Assembly (NCBI GenBank): GCA_965203295.1
Contig: CBDBCZ010000013.1
Location: 320,001 to 384,000 of the forward strand
DNA: 64,000 bases
Direction of reading: 5' to 3'
Origin: Nitrospirales bacterium
GTDB taxonomy: Bacteria; Nitrospirota; Nitrospiria; Nitrospirales; UBA8639
Part shown: piece by piece, positions 24,250-37,989 of the stretch
Numbering within the stretch: position 1 is the stretch's first letter
Layout of the letters: each line of letters starts with the position of its first letter
The notes under the pieces: generated by a model
Seen by the model: only the letters and a program-made list of their open reading frames with translations
The model's database searches: none
Told to the model about the DNA's origin: nothing
Made by a program: the position numbers and the translations under genes

Positions 24250-26563
24250 CCAGTCCTTCATACTTCCAGGATGTAGAGTCACAGCTGCACTTGCCACTAA
24301 TTAAGCCTGAAGCCCTTTGCAAACCAGTTAGAACAGGATCACCATTGGTGATGTGGCTTTCCTGGTTCTGTAAACAGAGGGGAGGTATTAAGGAAATGAT
24401 CTGACCTCATTGTTTGGGTTGTCTTTCTCAGTCTGGGGTAATAAGGAAATTGTATCTGAGTGATATGACACCATTGTTGGGGTTTCCTTTTCTCTGTCTG
24501 TTCTGTAAACAGAGAGGCAGTGGCCCATTCCCTGGCCTCTGCACAGCTTTTGGGAGAGCCTGGGATGCCTCCGCACAGTTTTTGTTGCTTGTAGTAACGT
24601 GGGTAGAGCAGAGGTATTAAGGAAATTGTATCTGAGCAATGTGACATCATTGTTGTGGTTTTCCTTTCTTAGTCAGTTCTGTAAAGGGAGGGTGATTGGG
24701 GGTGGGGGGGGGGATTGAGGAAATTATAACTATGCTGAAAGTTAAGGGTGCAAGACCGTTACTTAATTGTCCGAGCACACTAATTAAATCCCGTAATCAC
24801 TGCCAACTGGTGTCTAAAGTAATTAGGTCTTTCACTGACCTGAGACAGCCACAGTTCTGTAGGGAGGTATTTCGAAAGTGTGCGCTATCTAGATGATTTG
24901 TTGCTTGTAGTAAGGTGGGTAGAGCAGAGGTATTAAGGAAATTGTATCTGAGTAATGTGACATCATTGTTGTGGTTTTCCTTTCTTAGTCAGTTCTGTAA
25001 AGGGAGGGGATTCGGGGTGGGGGGGGGGGGGGGGGAGGGAGAATATAGCTATGCTGAAAGCATAACTGAGGTCAACATGCATAGATACATTGCTGCAACA
25101 TCACATAACTTTTCTCTGAGTCTTCCTCTACATGGTTTCACCTTAGTGATGCACTAGATACCAGTTGGTAGTGCATTACGAGATTTAGTTAGTGCACGAG
25201 GACAATTAAGTAACAGTCTCGGGCGGATAATGCACGAGCCAAAGGCGAGTGAAATATCCGCCCCGAGATCGTTACTTTATTGTCCGAGCGCACTAGCTAG
25301 TCCCATAATGCACTGCCAGCTGGTATCTAAGTATTAGATAAATCACGCCACCCAGGGCTGTATGGGTTTTAGAGTACACGAGGGCATTAACTCCTCACTC
25401 TCCTCTGGTATTGTGCAAACTTCTTATGTGCCATAGGCCTTGATATCTACACCTGTCCATAGACATCCACAGCCAGAATTTTCATGGGATTTTCTCTGAA
25501 TGGTTTTTGGTTCCCTTTTTTATCTTTTTTTAAAAAAATGTTTTTAGCAGAAACTTTGAAAAAACAACTTTTGAACTCTTTTCGGAAATTTTTAATTTTC
25601 TGCGATCACGGGCTGGGTGGTCTCTGTTTCTTTCCGGGTCCTGGGTTCTCTTGGTTACGGTCAGAGCTTTTTCTATTCTTTCAATTCTTCTCTTTATTTT
25701 TCTATATCATGATTTCTATTTTTCCGTGTGGATGTGCTTAATTAGATAGGTCATGTGCTTAACTAGATTGTAATGTAAGGGGTTGTAGTAGTGTAGATAT
25801 AGTTTAATTAGGTAGGTCATGTGCTTAACTAGATCGTAGTGTAAGGAGTTGCAGTAGTAGTTGCAGTCTACACAAGACAATGTGTATATGCCTGCATGAT
25901 GCAACCACCTCCGTTTAAATGTGGATTTCTTAATTTATTCCGCACCCCCAAAACAAACACACTAGGTGTGTAGTGTCAACATACAGCTGGTTTCCTAAGC
26001 AAATCGCAGCTGTCTCAAAAAGAATCCCCACTTTATGGCACTTAAGAAGTATTGGACTGCAAAACAGAGTGGTTGTTTTATCTCATATAAGGCTACCTAA
26101 GTTGCAGCCCCAGTGTAGATATAGTTCTGTAGGTTAGGATAGATAGAAGGGCTGTTTTTGTTTTTTTAGGCCTAGAGCCAGTGAATGCAGAAATAATAAT
26201 TAGGATACCTTTATGTTTTCATGTACCCAATGTAGTAAATAAGGTGGCATTATCAGCATAATGAATAGGCTAAAAACAACAGTGAAGGTACTGCTCCAAA
26301 CACATTACCTTGAAAATGAAAATGAAGGGCCAGAACCAGAGTGGACAAACCCACTAAATTGACTAAAGGTGTTTCAGGAGCTACTTAAATTTTGAGATTT
26401 TACCATTGGTGGTCTTCTACTTGTAAGGTGTGCTACTGGGTTGGCCCACTCCGACCCTTTATATTGTCATAGATAGTAGAGTAGATATTTTAGAGTCATG
26501 CTGCACTTGCCACTAATTAAGCCTGAAGCCCTTTGCAAACCAGTCCTTCATATTGTCCAGGAT

Positions 26564-27006
26564 CAGAGGAGGTTGGACACGCATTCATTAACGTGTGCAG
26601 TCACGCGCCTTTTGCTCCACTTTATTACATTCCACGTTGCATTCCAGCATGCAATTAGCTCACTGAGAAGGTAAGCACAGCTCGTTATAAAGTTGCAATA
26701 GCCAGTAGATTGCTGTAAGATAGCTGGAACGAACCTATATGGGCAGCGTCTTTCCGTTACTAGATAGAATCCAGTATGTAGTCTCGCCTTGCCGATAGCT
26801 AGATATTTAAACGACCGTAGCTCTGCAATGACCCAGGGGTTGAATGGGGTTGGTAAGGTATTCTGAATCTACTTCGGGAGAGCTTTCGAAAGATATCTAT
26901 TCCTTGGGGATACGCTTAAAGACTAACGAGAAAACTTTTCATACAGAAATCTCCATAGAGAATCGCGTACGCGCGTATGTCACATGACCGTGTCCAACCT
27001 CCTCTG
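26564..27006. mobile_element. TIR element with 9-bp TSD (MULE-like), copy 1
   Basis: CAGAGGAGGTTGGACACG...CGTGTCCAACCTCCTCTG, TSD GTCCAGGAT, empty site at ~24265. Confidence 0.75.
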
Positions 27007-27269
27007 GTCCAGGATGTACATAGAGTCACAGCTGCACTTGCCACTAATTAAGCCTGAAGCCCTTTGCAAACCAGTTAGAACAGGATCACCATTGGTGATG
27101 TGGCTTTCTTGGTTCTGTAAACAGAGGGGAGGTATTAAGGAAATGTATCTGACCTCATTGTTGGGGTTTTCTTTATCAGTCTGGGGTAATAAGAAAATTG
27201 TATCTGAGTGATATGACATCATTATTGTGGTTTCCTTTCTCAGTCTGTTCTGTAAACAGAGAGGCGGTG

Positions 27270-27413
27270 GCCTCTGCACAGGTTTTGGGAGAGCCTGGGA
27301 AGCCTCTGCACAGCTTTTGGGAGAGCCTGGGAAGCCTCCGCACAGCTTTTGGGAGAGCCTGGGATGCCGCTGCACAGCTTTTGGGAGAGCCTGGGAAGCC
27401 TCCGCACAGCTTT
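27270..27413. repeat. 31-bp minisatellite, ~4.5 copies
   Basis: GCCTCCGCACAGCTTTTGGGAGAGCCTGGGAA-type units; ~1.5 copies in the paralogous module at ~24535. Confidence 0.85.
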
Positions 27414-29556
27414 TGTTGCTTGTAGTAACGTGGTAGAGCGGAGGCATTAAGGAAATTGTATCTGAGCAATGTGACATCATTGTTGTGGTTTTCCTTTCTT
27501 AGTCAGTTCTGTAAAGGGAGGGGATTGGGGGTGGGGGGGATTGAGGAAATTATAACTATGCTGAAAGTTAAGGGTGCAAGAGCCAAAGGCTAGTGCATTA
27601 TCCGCCCTCTACGGTTACTTAATTGTCCGAGTGCACTAATTAACTCCCGTAATCACTGCCAACTAGTGTCTAAAGTAATTAGGTCTTTCACTGACCTGAG
27701 ACAGCCACAGTTCTGTAGGGAGTTATTTCGAAAGTGTGTGCTATCTAGATGATTTATTGCTTGTAGTAGAGCAGAGGTATTTAGGAAATTGTATCTGAGC
27801 AATGTGACATCATTGTTGTGGTTTTCATTTCTTAGTCAGTTCTGTAAAGGGAGGGGATTGGGGGTGGGGGGGGATTGAGGAAATTATAACTATGCTGAAA
27901 ATTGAAAATTAAGGGTGCAAGAGCCGAGGGCTAGTGCATTATCCGCCCTCGACCGTTATTGTCTGAGCACACCCGTAATCACTGCCAACTGGTGTCTAAA
28001 GTAATTAGGTCTTTCGCTGACCTGAGACAGCCACAGTTCTGTAGGGAGTTATTTCGAAAGTGTGCGCTATCTAGATGATTTGTTGCTTGTAGTAACGTGG
28101 GTAGAGCGGAGGTATTAAGGAAATTGTATCTGAGTAATGTGACACCATTGTTGTAATGTGACACCATTGTTGTGGTTTTCCTTTCTTAGTCAGTTCTTTA
28201 CAGAACTGATTAAAGTAATTAGGTCTTTCACTGACCTGAGACAGCCACAGTTCTGTAGGGAGTTATTTCGAAAGTGTGCGCTATCTGGATGATTTGTTGC
28301 TTGTAGTAACGTGGGTAGAGCGGAGGTATTTAGGAAATCGTATCTGAGCAATGTGACATCATTGTTGTGGTTTTCCTTTCTTAGTCAGTTCTGTAAAGGG
28401 AGGGGATTGGGGGTGGGGGGGGGGGATTGAGGAAATTATAACTATGCTGAAAGTTAAGGGTGCAAGACCGTTACTTAATTGTCCAAGCACACTAATTAAA
28501 TTCCGTAATCACTGCCAACTGGTGTCTAAAGTAATTAGGTCTTTCGCTGACCTGAGACAGCCACAGTTCTGTAGGGAGTTATTTCGAAAGTGTGTGCTAT
28601 CTAGATGATTTGTTGCTTGTAGTAACGTGGGTAGAGCGGAGGCATTAAGGAAATTGTATCTGAGCAATGTGACATCATTGTTGTGGTTTTCCTTTCTTAG
28701 TCAGTTCTGTAAAGGGAGGGGATTGGGGTTGCACTTTCTAGATAATGCACACTTATGTGTGCAGTAAGCTATTGTGTAGCGAGTTGTAGCTTGTATCATC
28801 TGTGGTGTACATGTGGTGTCCTATGGTCACATACCCGGATCTCTTCCTACCAATAGGACAGTTCCACACAAAATCTAAGGATTTTCATCATGCTACATTG
28901 ACGTGACGTCACATCCGGTTACTCTTCTGCGACCACACTAAGAGAACAGCTGAGAACTGATCAGGTAAGCTGTTTGCGTGCGTAACCTACCGTATAGCGG
29001 AAATCTTTCGCGAGTGAAAACTTTTGGAAAAGTTTTCACCCACGAAGAATTCTTGCTGGACGGTTTACCGTTTATCCTATATAAGTGAGCACAGTGAAAA
29101 ACTGGAGACCTTGTGTGATATAGAGGTTTGCAGTAGATATAGTTCTGTAGGTTAGGATAGATAAAAGGGCTGGTTTTGTTTTTTAGGCCTAGAGCCAGTG
29201 AATGCAGAAATAATGATTATGATACCTTTCCGTTTTCATGTACCCAATGTAGTAAATAAAGTGGCATTACCAGCATAATGAATAGGCTAAAAACAACAGT
29301 GAAGGTACTGCTCCAAACACATTACCTTGAAAATGAAAATGAAGGGCCAGAACCAGAGTGGACAAACCCACTAAATTGACTAAAGGTGTTTCAGGAGCTA
29401 CTTAAATTTTGAGATTTTACCATTGGTGGTCTTCTACTTGTAAGGTGTGCTGTTGGGTTGGCCCACTCCGACCCTTCATATTGTAGAGTCATGCTGCACT
29501 TGCCACTAATTAAGCCTGAAGCCTTTTGCAAACCAGTCCTTCATATTGTCCAGGAT

Positions 29557-30003
29557 CAGAGGAGGTTGGACACGCATTCATTAACGTGTGCAGTCACGCG
29601 CCTTTTGCTCCACTTTATTACATTCCACGTTGCATTCCCGCATGCAATTAGCTCACTGAGAAGGTAAGCATAGCTCGTTATAAAGTTGCAATAGCCAGTA
29701 GATTGCTGTAAGATGGCTGGAACGGACCTATACGGGCAGCATCTTTCCGTTACTAGATAAAATCCAGTATGTAGTCTCGCCTTGCCGATAGCTAGATATT
29801 TGAACGACCGTATACGTATAGCTCTGCAATGGAACGGGGTTGGCGAGGTATTCTGAATCTACTTCGGAAGAGCTTTCGAAATTAAAGATATCTATTCCTT
29901 GGGGATACGCTTAAAGACTAATGAGAAAACTTTTTATACAGAAATCTCCATAGAGAATCGTGTACGCGGGCGTATGTCACATGACCGTGTCCAACCTCCT
30001 CTG
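29557..30003. mobile_element. MULE-like TIR element, copy 2 (co-duplicated with its flanks)
   Basis: Same TIRs and same GTCCAGGAT TSD as 26564-27006. Confidence 0.75.
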
Positions 30004-31858
30004 GTCCAGGATGTAGAGACAGCTGCACTTGCCACTAATTAAGCCTGAAGCCCTTTGCAAACCAGTTAGAACAGGATCACCATTGAGGATGTGGCTTTCC
30101 TGGTTCTGTGAACAGAGGGGAGGTATTAAGGAAATGTATCTGACCTCATTGTTGGTTCTCAGTCTGTTCTGTAAACAGAGAGGAGGTGGCGGGTATGTTC
30201 CCAGGCCTCTGCACAGCTTTTGGGAGTTCATGTTTTTTTTCAGGGCCACCCTACATATTTTTTTTGTAAATGGGACCCTTGGACTCTCACTTAGTGGAGC
30301 AGCTGGCTCTGTAAAGTCTGTTGGGCATTATTTAGAAAATGTTTGCACTAAGTTATTAAGCATTAACAACTTAGTGCACACTTACGTGTACATTAAGCGC
30401 GGTCATGTGATCGATTTTGAGACTTTTGATTCGTTGAAGGTCACGTGAGTAGCACTAAGTAATATTTAGATACCGGTTTGCAGTGATTACAGGATTTAAT
30501 TAGTGTGCAAAGGCAATGCAGTAACGGCCGAGGACAGATAATGCACGAGCTGAAGGCGAGTGCATTATCCGCCCTCGGCTGTACTTTATTGCCCTTGCAC
30601 ACTAATCAAATCCTATAATTACTGCCAAGTTCCAACTGGTGTCCAAAGTAGTTAGTGCTCTCACCAACCTAAGATAGCCACAGTTCTTTAGGGCGTTATT
30701 TAGAAAGTGTGCACTTTCTAAATAAAAGTGTGATACAGAGGTTTGCAAGTCTGGTTGCCACAGGAGAAGGCAAATAGGCAGTGGCTGTCAAGTAATTAAT
30801 TAGGTTAGGCTGTCGGAATCAAAGGCTAGCAGATTACACAGTTACTACTGTCAACTCCCGTTTTCGTATTACTGGCCAAACAACCTGCAAACCTCTGTTG
30901 AGTAGATTGGAGTGGGAAGTGCAAACCTCATGGACAGATTGATCCACCTGCGCATTTGCTGGAAATAGATTTTTTACTTGTAATGGGGTAATGCAAGCAG
31001 TAATAGCACTCACTCACCCAATATCAGAGGAGACATCTGGCTCCTCTGTTTCATGTTAGCTACAGCCCTGGCAGTCCCTTTACTGATACATGTATATGTA
31101 CATACGTATGTAGCGCCTTCTAAGCTATTCTATTACAGCATTGGTGCTTTTTGCTAGGTTATGTCTGTTATGAAAGAATGTCTGGAAACTAAGTGATTTT
31201 TCTTCGCAGGAGGGATGACCTGTGAAGATGTTTTCTGAGTGTCATCTCCTGTAAAGGTTTACGGACTTATTCGTTTCATTGACTCACTCTAAAGTCCCTG
31301 AGCTCGAACTAGCAGACTGTGTGGTACAATGGCTGTGCAGGGTTTTTCATTTTGGGTAGATATGTGCAATCTAGGGACGTCTGGGTGCATGCCCCCTCTC
31401 TTTTTCACTCGAAGATTTTTATTCCTCGAAGCTGATCCTGGGGCTAATATAAGTCGTTGTCCAAATATCAATTAACACCTTCAAAAAGTTATTAGGGGTT
31501 TCTGCTTTCCATTATAAAGCTCTGCTTGTTTGGCGAGGAAAAGAGTGTACTTTCTACTATACAAGTACTGGCCCTCGCTTCGCTCGCGCAAGTACTTGTG
31601 CGTGTTCAACTCGCTCACTCTGTACAGATAGAAATGAAAAGTGTGACCTCTATGTGATTTGCATGGAACAGTATAGCATCTTCTGCCAATGAAGCAGTGC
31701 TTTTGACTAAGCCACATGCATGTCAGTGTTGAAAATTGACTCGTCACAGTGGGGGGTAAATATATAGTACGTGTGCACACTACAATTCTTTTAGAAGCCA
31801 AAGCATGTATTACGGTGGCCCTGGAGGTCACTCCACGTTCCATACTCTGATCACCACG

Positions 31859-32013
31859 TTCCAATAGTCCTCACTCCTCATTCCAATAGTCCTCACTCCT
31901 CATTCCAATAGTTCTCACTCCTCATTCCAATAGTCCTCACTCCTCATTCCAATAGTTCTCATTCCTCATTCCAATAGTCATCACTCCTCATTCCAATAGT
32001 TCTCACTCCTCAT
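31859..32013. repeat. 22-bp minisatellite, ~7 copies
   Basis: TTCCAATAGTCCTCACTCCTCA tandem units. Confidence 0.9.
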
Positions 32014-34136
32014 AACATACGTACTTCCAAAATTATGAACTTTGAACTTTGATTCTCACTCCCCGCTTCTCACTCCAATAGCTCTCGTTCCAGTATCCAG
32101 TGTCGCGCGCGCATGTATGGTGCAGATACGTTATGATGTCATTCAATGTTCTTTAATTAGAATACAAAACGAACAGCATCCTACACATATGATAACGTCA
32201 CGGTCTTCTCGCGTAGGCCTATTCTCGCGCAATCGAGGTTCATTAGTGGACGTCACATCCGGTACACACACACGCACAGACGCACAGAACTAACGTTAAA
32301 GTATTGATAACTGCCAATTATGGTACTTAGAGGACTTCTAACTACAGTTAGAGCAAAACTTAATTGAGTTGCTGCAAACTGAAATTATTCATGAGATGTA
32401 TACAGGTAGTACAATCCACTTAGATGATGCCATTTCCTGGTTTACAGGAAACCCACTTCATTGGCTAGACCACTAATTTCTGTAAACCACTCACAATGTA
32501 ATTATCTAACATAACTTGTAGTACAATTGTTGTATAGTACATGTATATGTGAATGTTTGCATTCCATATTGCACACTCTTTTCAAAGCTATAACTGACCC
32601 AGTGATGAATGATAACATGAAAATGGTACGGAGCGGAGTATGGATCCAGAATTTAAAGTTCTGTGGGGACATTGGCAAATCTCTGTATGCTTTCTTAAAT
32701 CATATTTCCACACATTGGTAGGCGTGACTGATCAAACAGTACGTAACACATGCTTGTCAGCTCAGTGCTGTTTTTCTGAGTTCAATCTTTCCAAGTTGGT
32801 TGTCCACAGGAGAAGGCAGATAGGCAGTGACTCTCAAGTACTTGATTAGGTTAGGCTGTCAATCAAAGGCTAACATTGTACACAGTTTTTGCTGTCAACT
32901 TCAATTTGCCTACTGCACTGGACAACCAACCTGTAACTATCTGTTTACTACTGTAGTGGAGTTTATCTGTTTGCTATGGAGAAAGGCATCACTTTTGATG
33001 TTAATTCGCAACCACATAGTATTATTAGTGTACGCAAATTGCCTATTTATAGCTTTTTGTGGAGTCGCTCCAATGTAAACACCTTTGGCAAAGGGGAAGT
33101 CCCTTCCTACTCTATGGCATATTTTGGCCACACCTTCGTGAGGAACTGTACCGAAACTGGGCAAAGTTTTGCTACAAACGACCCATAACTACAAAATTAG
33201 CAGGAAATTAACAATCACTAAGTGTGGCGCACCGACAGGGCATGCCCTCCTCGGAATATTTGGGATTTCAGTGCTTCTGAGATCATTTCTGATGCAATTT
33301 TGGGGTGAAAGAACAAGGGTTGGACAACCTGCGGCAAAATGCAGTCACAGTGCTTGCTATAGAATCCTTGCGCTCAAGGAACTTGAGAAGGCATGGCTCC
33401 GCCGTGGGACGTGAGCGCGCGGAGCACGCGCGGTCACAGCATGGGTTTGGACTTTCAAAGGGTTTGCTTGAGAAACGTAAAGCTCTTCAGATGATGGGGC
33501 CTGTCAGGAAGACTCCAGAGAAACGCTTTTAAAATATTTGTACCATGGTGCTGCGTGCACGTCACTGTGACCAACATGCGAGTTAGTGAAACTGAACCAA
33601 CCGCACCAGTGGCTACGGCCCTGAGTGCTTGACAGCAAAAAGGCCCAAATTTTCTGGCTGGATTGTATCTTTTTTAGCAAAAAATAGTTGGGCGTTTGTG
33701 TTTCAAACTAGGGGAGCTTAGAATTGAAGATACTAGTTAATTAATTCTTAAAAATTAATTATAGGGCTGATAAGCTGGACCTTGTGAGCACAATATAGTG
33801 AAACTCTGGTTATGCAACATTTTGGCCCAAGTGGCTTGAGGAAAATCCCCCAGATTTACCACACAGGAAACCATTATGTTGACTATCAATCTATCAGCTT
33901 AAAATAGTATTTCTCTGAGCAATGGCTGGTGAAGTCACTGATCCTATTATGGTCTGGACAAATCAATGCTTCTCCGAACTGGCTTGAGCTTATATAAAGA
34001 AATGTCCTGTACATAATGAAAGAGCAGATAATATGCAATAAAACTGTCAGAGAAATAAGGAATATTCCTTACTGGAAGAGAATTACACTTACACAAACAA
34101 AACGGAAAATTAAACACACATCTAACTCTCAAAACA

Positions 34137-34516
34137 AATCCTCCTGTGTGACTTATAAACTTTAACTGCCTGCTCAAGTTCCTTTGCCAGATTTCTTTCC
34201 TTTAGAATAGGCCCGCTTGTAATCCAATGCCTTCCAAAAACATTTGCGGATGAGATCAAGGCCGACAGAGTCAACGGCAGGACGGATGAGGCGAAGTCAT
34301 GGCAGAGTAAAATTCGTGGAATATACTTTTGCTTGCCTCCACACACGCTAAATGGGGTTATGCTCGCAATACAACTTGGGTATAAAAAAAAAACACTTGA
34401 AGGCCTCGGGCTGTTAAGAACTGCTTAAAAAGGGTTTGCTCGTCCTGAAAGTCTTCGTGCATTGACAGTACAACACGCATGTCATCTGCTACTATCCGCT
34501 CAGTGTTAATCCCCCT
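34137..34516 (-). pseudogene. Decayed IS630/Tc1/mariner-superfamily transposase C-terminus
   Basis: Manual translation RGINTERIVADDMRVVLSMHEDFQDEQT...FIPKLYCEHNPI*RVWRQAKVY...LIRKCFWKALDYKRAY...VKVYKSHRRI, resembling the PKFHCELNPIE / YKSHRR motifs; stops and frameshifts present. Confidence 0.75.
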
Positions 34517-36519
34517 GTTAAATGAGAACCAGCTGCCTCATACTGTTGGCATCAGGGGAGGTGTTGCGGCCCTCTCACCGCTGTATGGTGGTGGTGGTCG
34601 GTGCTGTTCCTTGAGCTTCTTCAGATCCTCAAGACATTCTCGCTGAGTAATGATGACATCCTCATGCTCATGTCCATTTACATACCCGGGTGAAAAAGGG
34701 TCTGAATTTAGGCGAGTGAAGCGCGTCAGTGTAAATCCTTCACGCACACTGTTTACGTGCAAATTTTTCCGTACGACGTCACGTGCAGCAGCATATTGTG
34801 CGATTTTTATAGCGTGTTTTGCATATACGTTGAATTCTTCATGCGTCCCCCCCCCCCCCGCTTTTACACTTATGTGCGTGGCTATAAATACGCCCATTAT
34901 TGTGATTGGGTATTCAACAGTACAAGAATAAAAATTAAAGACATTCCAATATAAAATTACTCCATTAAAATTTAAGCAAGATTGTACAAACGTACTGCAT
35001 TCCAAGTGGCACCTATAAACACACTTTTCAAAGATGTTTTCCACTTCAATGGGATGCTGTATTACAACAGCCACGATCTTTGCTCATGGCCTAGAGGATG
35101 AAAGGTGTCAATTATGAATTGATTTTGGTTCAGTGCATATTTTTCCACATGCCCTTGTGCTTCAAGCGACTTAGAGACCTCGTGACTCAGCCTGTCGCAA
35201 GAATACCGTCGAAATAATTATGCGTGAATCACGTCCTGGGTGTGGCAATTTTGGGATATTTTCACGAGCCAGGCTGTTGCTTGACTACAAGTATTAATAG
35301 GAATCATTGGCAATGGCACACTGAGCTATGAAAAGCATCTAGTTTTGGCATCTCTGTGTGCAGCATAGTTTCAAGGGTCAGCCATGGCTGGTATAGTAGT
35401 GGAGAGACGAGTTGGGCTGCTTGAAGCTCATCCGCATCGCTCGATTGTGCCGTCCGTTTCTAGCACTGATATACTTATACTGAAGCTACATACGTAGATT
35501 CTACTAACCTGAGAGCTGTAGTAAGCCTCCCTTGGTAAAACTAAGCGGTGGACTTGTCCAGATCTCTGCCCCTTGTTGTACCGCAGGTTTGAAGACGGCA
35601 TGCATATAGCCGCCTGAGACGCCATTTTGAACACATTCCTCCATAAAGCCCCATATAAATTGTGTATAGTTTTGTTTTGGCCATAACTCCTCACAGAAAC
35701 TGAAAATAGAGAAACGCCACATATGTTTTCATAGTTTTCACCCTTTATATATATGGAATGAATTTTGTTTCAAAATTCAATGCGTTAAAATTCAATGGTA
35801 ATGATAGAGAATCCAGAGAGCGTAACGGATCTGAGGTCTGTATACTACGTCATTGAATTCTCGCCATTGAATGATACAGCAAGTACCATTGAAGTTGTAA
35901 GATGCTGTTGAACTCATGTTCTGACTATTGAATTACATTGCTACGTCATTGAATTTGTATTACACACTGTTAAAATAGAATTGCCATATTGACTAGTGGG
36001 ATGTTGTTTGAGTTTCAACATGTATGGATATATAATTGCAGCAGCATTACTTTCCTCTGAGTCTTCCTCTGCCTCCTCTACACGAATTCACCTTAGTGAT
36101 GCACTTTAATCATCTGTATCGGTAAATGCTTTCACATTCTTGACCCACACAAATCAATCTGTATATACATGATTGTGATGTGTTGAAACTCAAACAACAA
36201 CCAATAGTCCAGATGACAATTCTATTTTAGCTGTGCAGCTATATTGAATTATTGTAGCTTCATTGAATCAACTTGTAAATGGCATTGAATTGTGTTGTTG
36301 TGTCATTGAATTCATTCTCAGCGTCATTTGAAGCCAATAGCAAGATTACAGAGATATACGGATAGTTTGCGAATTGCGTATTATAGTTCCCGTTCCGAAC
36401 AGGGCCTGTTCGTATTAGCCACGTGGCTGCTGTTCATTCAATAAACATGCTGTGCTGTAATACAAATTCAATGACGTAGCAATGTAATTCAATAGTCAGA
36501 ACATGAGTTCAACAGCGTC

Positions 36520-36893
36520 TTTCGAATGCTTCACCACACTCAGTAGTCCATACTACACGATTAGGCCTGTCCTTCTTTGTGAGGTCTGTCATAGGAGCAG
36601 CAATCTTGGCAATGTCAGGAATAGATTTCCTGTGATATCCTGTTAGGAACCTCCCACATGCTTCTTAGTCACCAGTATTGAGGATAGCTTAACAGCCAGA
36701 ACCTTTGATGGTTCGGACAAACTAGACCATTTCCAACAATGTGCCTCAAGTAAGTACACTGCTACATCCCAGAACTGACATTTGGGAGGCTCTGCAGTCA
36801 ACCCAGCAGCAAATGTCAGTCCAGTACCATTCTCATTTAAATTACGTAGGTGCTCATCCCAAGTGGAACTGTAAACAATAAAGTTGTCAAGGT
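36520..36893 (-). mobile_element. Gypsy-type reverse transcriptase (palm/thumb) relic
   Basis: LDNFIVYSSTWDEHLRNL...AGLTAEPPKCQF...YLRHIVGNG...TGYHRKSIPDIAKIAAPMTDLTKK...VVWTTECGEAFE, frameshifted. Confidence 0.8.
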
Positions 36894-37935
36894 TGTAATA
36901 TTATTGATGAGTTGACTCACGGTTTAATCACTCATAAACTATTCAACTGCAGAGTTACAGTAACAGCTGGTATTTGTACAGGCATGCTACTGAATATAGC
37001 GTGACCAAACTAGGAATAACTCTGGATATAAACAACATACATGTGAAGTAAGAGCCTGTGACTGGTGCTGAATAATGAACACAGAAAACATGCATGTGAA
37101 TACATATAGTACAGAGTTCAAGTGTTCTTGGATGGAGGTCACAGTCTGTTGGGTGGATGTATCTGTATCCCAGTACACGATCGGGTCATCATCGGTTCTC
37201 GTACGGGTGGTTCGATTCAGGGTGGTTCAGTCTGGGGTTGTTCGGTCGATTGGCGATTCCCAGGCGTGACATTCAGATGTTGTCGGTTCCGCCTTACTTG
37301 TCCAGCAGGGTTTTCGACCACATACGTAGGACAGGGGTGTGTTTGATCACTACCAGAGATTGGCTGGTCACCGGATGTGATCCAAACATCTGAATCATCA
37401 GGAATGGGGATTAGAGCTCGGACTCGGTGACAGCGATCATATTTCCGTTTCTGTCGATTTTTGAAAGTACGATTGTTACTCCGAAATTCATCAGTTTCCA
37501 TTCTGGAATAAGGGTCACACAATCGTCTTCTCATGAGGAGCTCAGCTGGAGAGAGGTTGCATTAGGGGAAAGGTGTTGACCTGTATGAGAGTAGGGCCAT
37601 GTGTACATCTGCGGATTCCTTGAGCAAACTCTTCACGGTCTTGACTGTCCGTTTAGCCTGCCCATTACTTTGGGCAAATAGAGGGCTGCTGGTCACGTGA
37701 TGGAAATTGTAGGCCTTTGCAAACTCATGCGATAAATACTGAGGGCCGTTGTCACTGATAACTGTCTCAGGAATTCCAAATGGTAAGAACATAGCTTTCA
37801 GTGATTCGAAGATACTGTTGGATGTTGTGTTCGTGAGTTTCAGGATTTCGGGATATCTCGAGAAGTAGTCAACAAGTAGATACGTGGTTTCTTAGAGTGG
37901 AAGAGTTCTGCTCCGATTTTCTGCCATGGATATAT
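36894..37935 (-). mobile_element. 3' part of a second Gypsy element (integrase core, C-terminus and possible LTR)
   Basis: GIPETVISDNGPQY...TSSPLFAQSNGQAKRTVKTVKSLLK...ALLSYRSTP...VRRNRQHL...TRSCTGIQIHPPNRL*; followed by non-coding DNA ending at a TGT/ACA junction at 36894 (LTR call tentative). Confidence 0.75.
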
Positions 37936-37989
37936 TATAGTTCTGTGCAAATCATGAGCTCCGTTCGAGGGGTGAAGTCTTTGCTGGCC

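Larger units (their letters stand above)
22480..30730. repeat. Modular local segmental-duplication block
   Basis: GTAGTAAATAAAGTGGCATTATCAGCAT... module at ~22650, 23840, 26230, 29250; AGGAAATTGTATCTGAGCAATGTGACATC... module about 7 times between 24600 and 28730; 23330-23720 repeated at ~25420-25860. Confidence 0.9.

Noticed and set aside
26980..27480. 166-aa ORF with internal repeats
   Set aside because: Produced by the 31-bp minisatellite; not preserved in the paralogous modules.
34538..35074. 178-aa ORF as a gene
   Set aside because: No recognisable domain, GTG start, and it appears to run across AT-rich and repeat-like DNA next to a dead transposase. The last ~45 codons could be an exon relic, but this cannot be supported.
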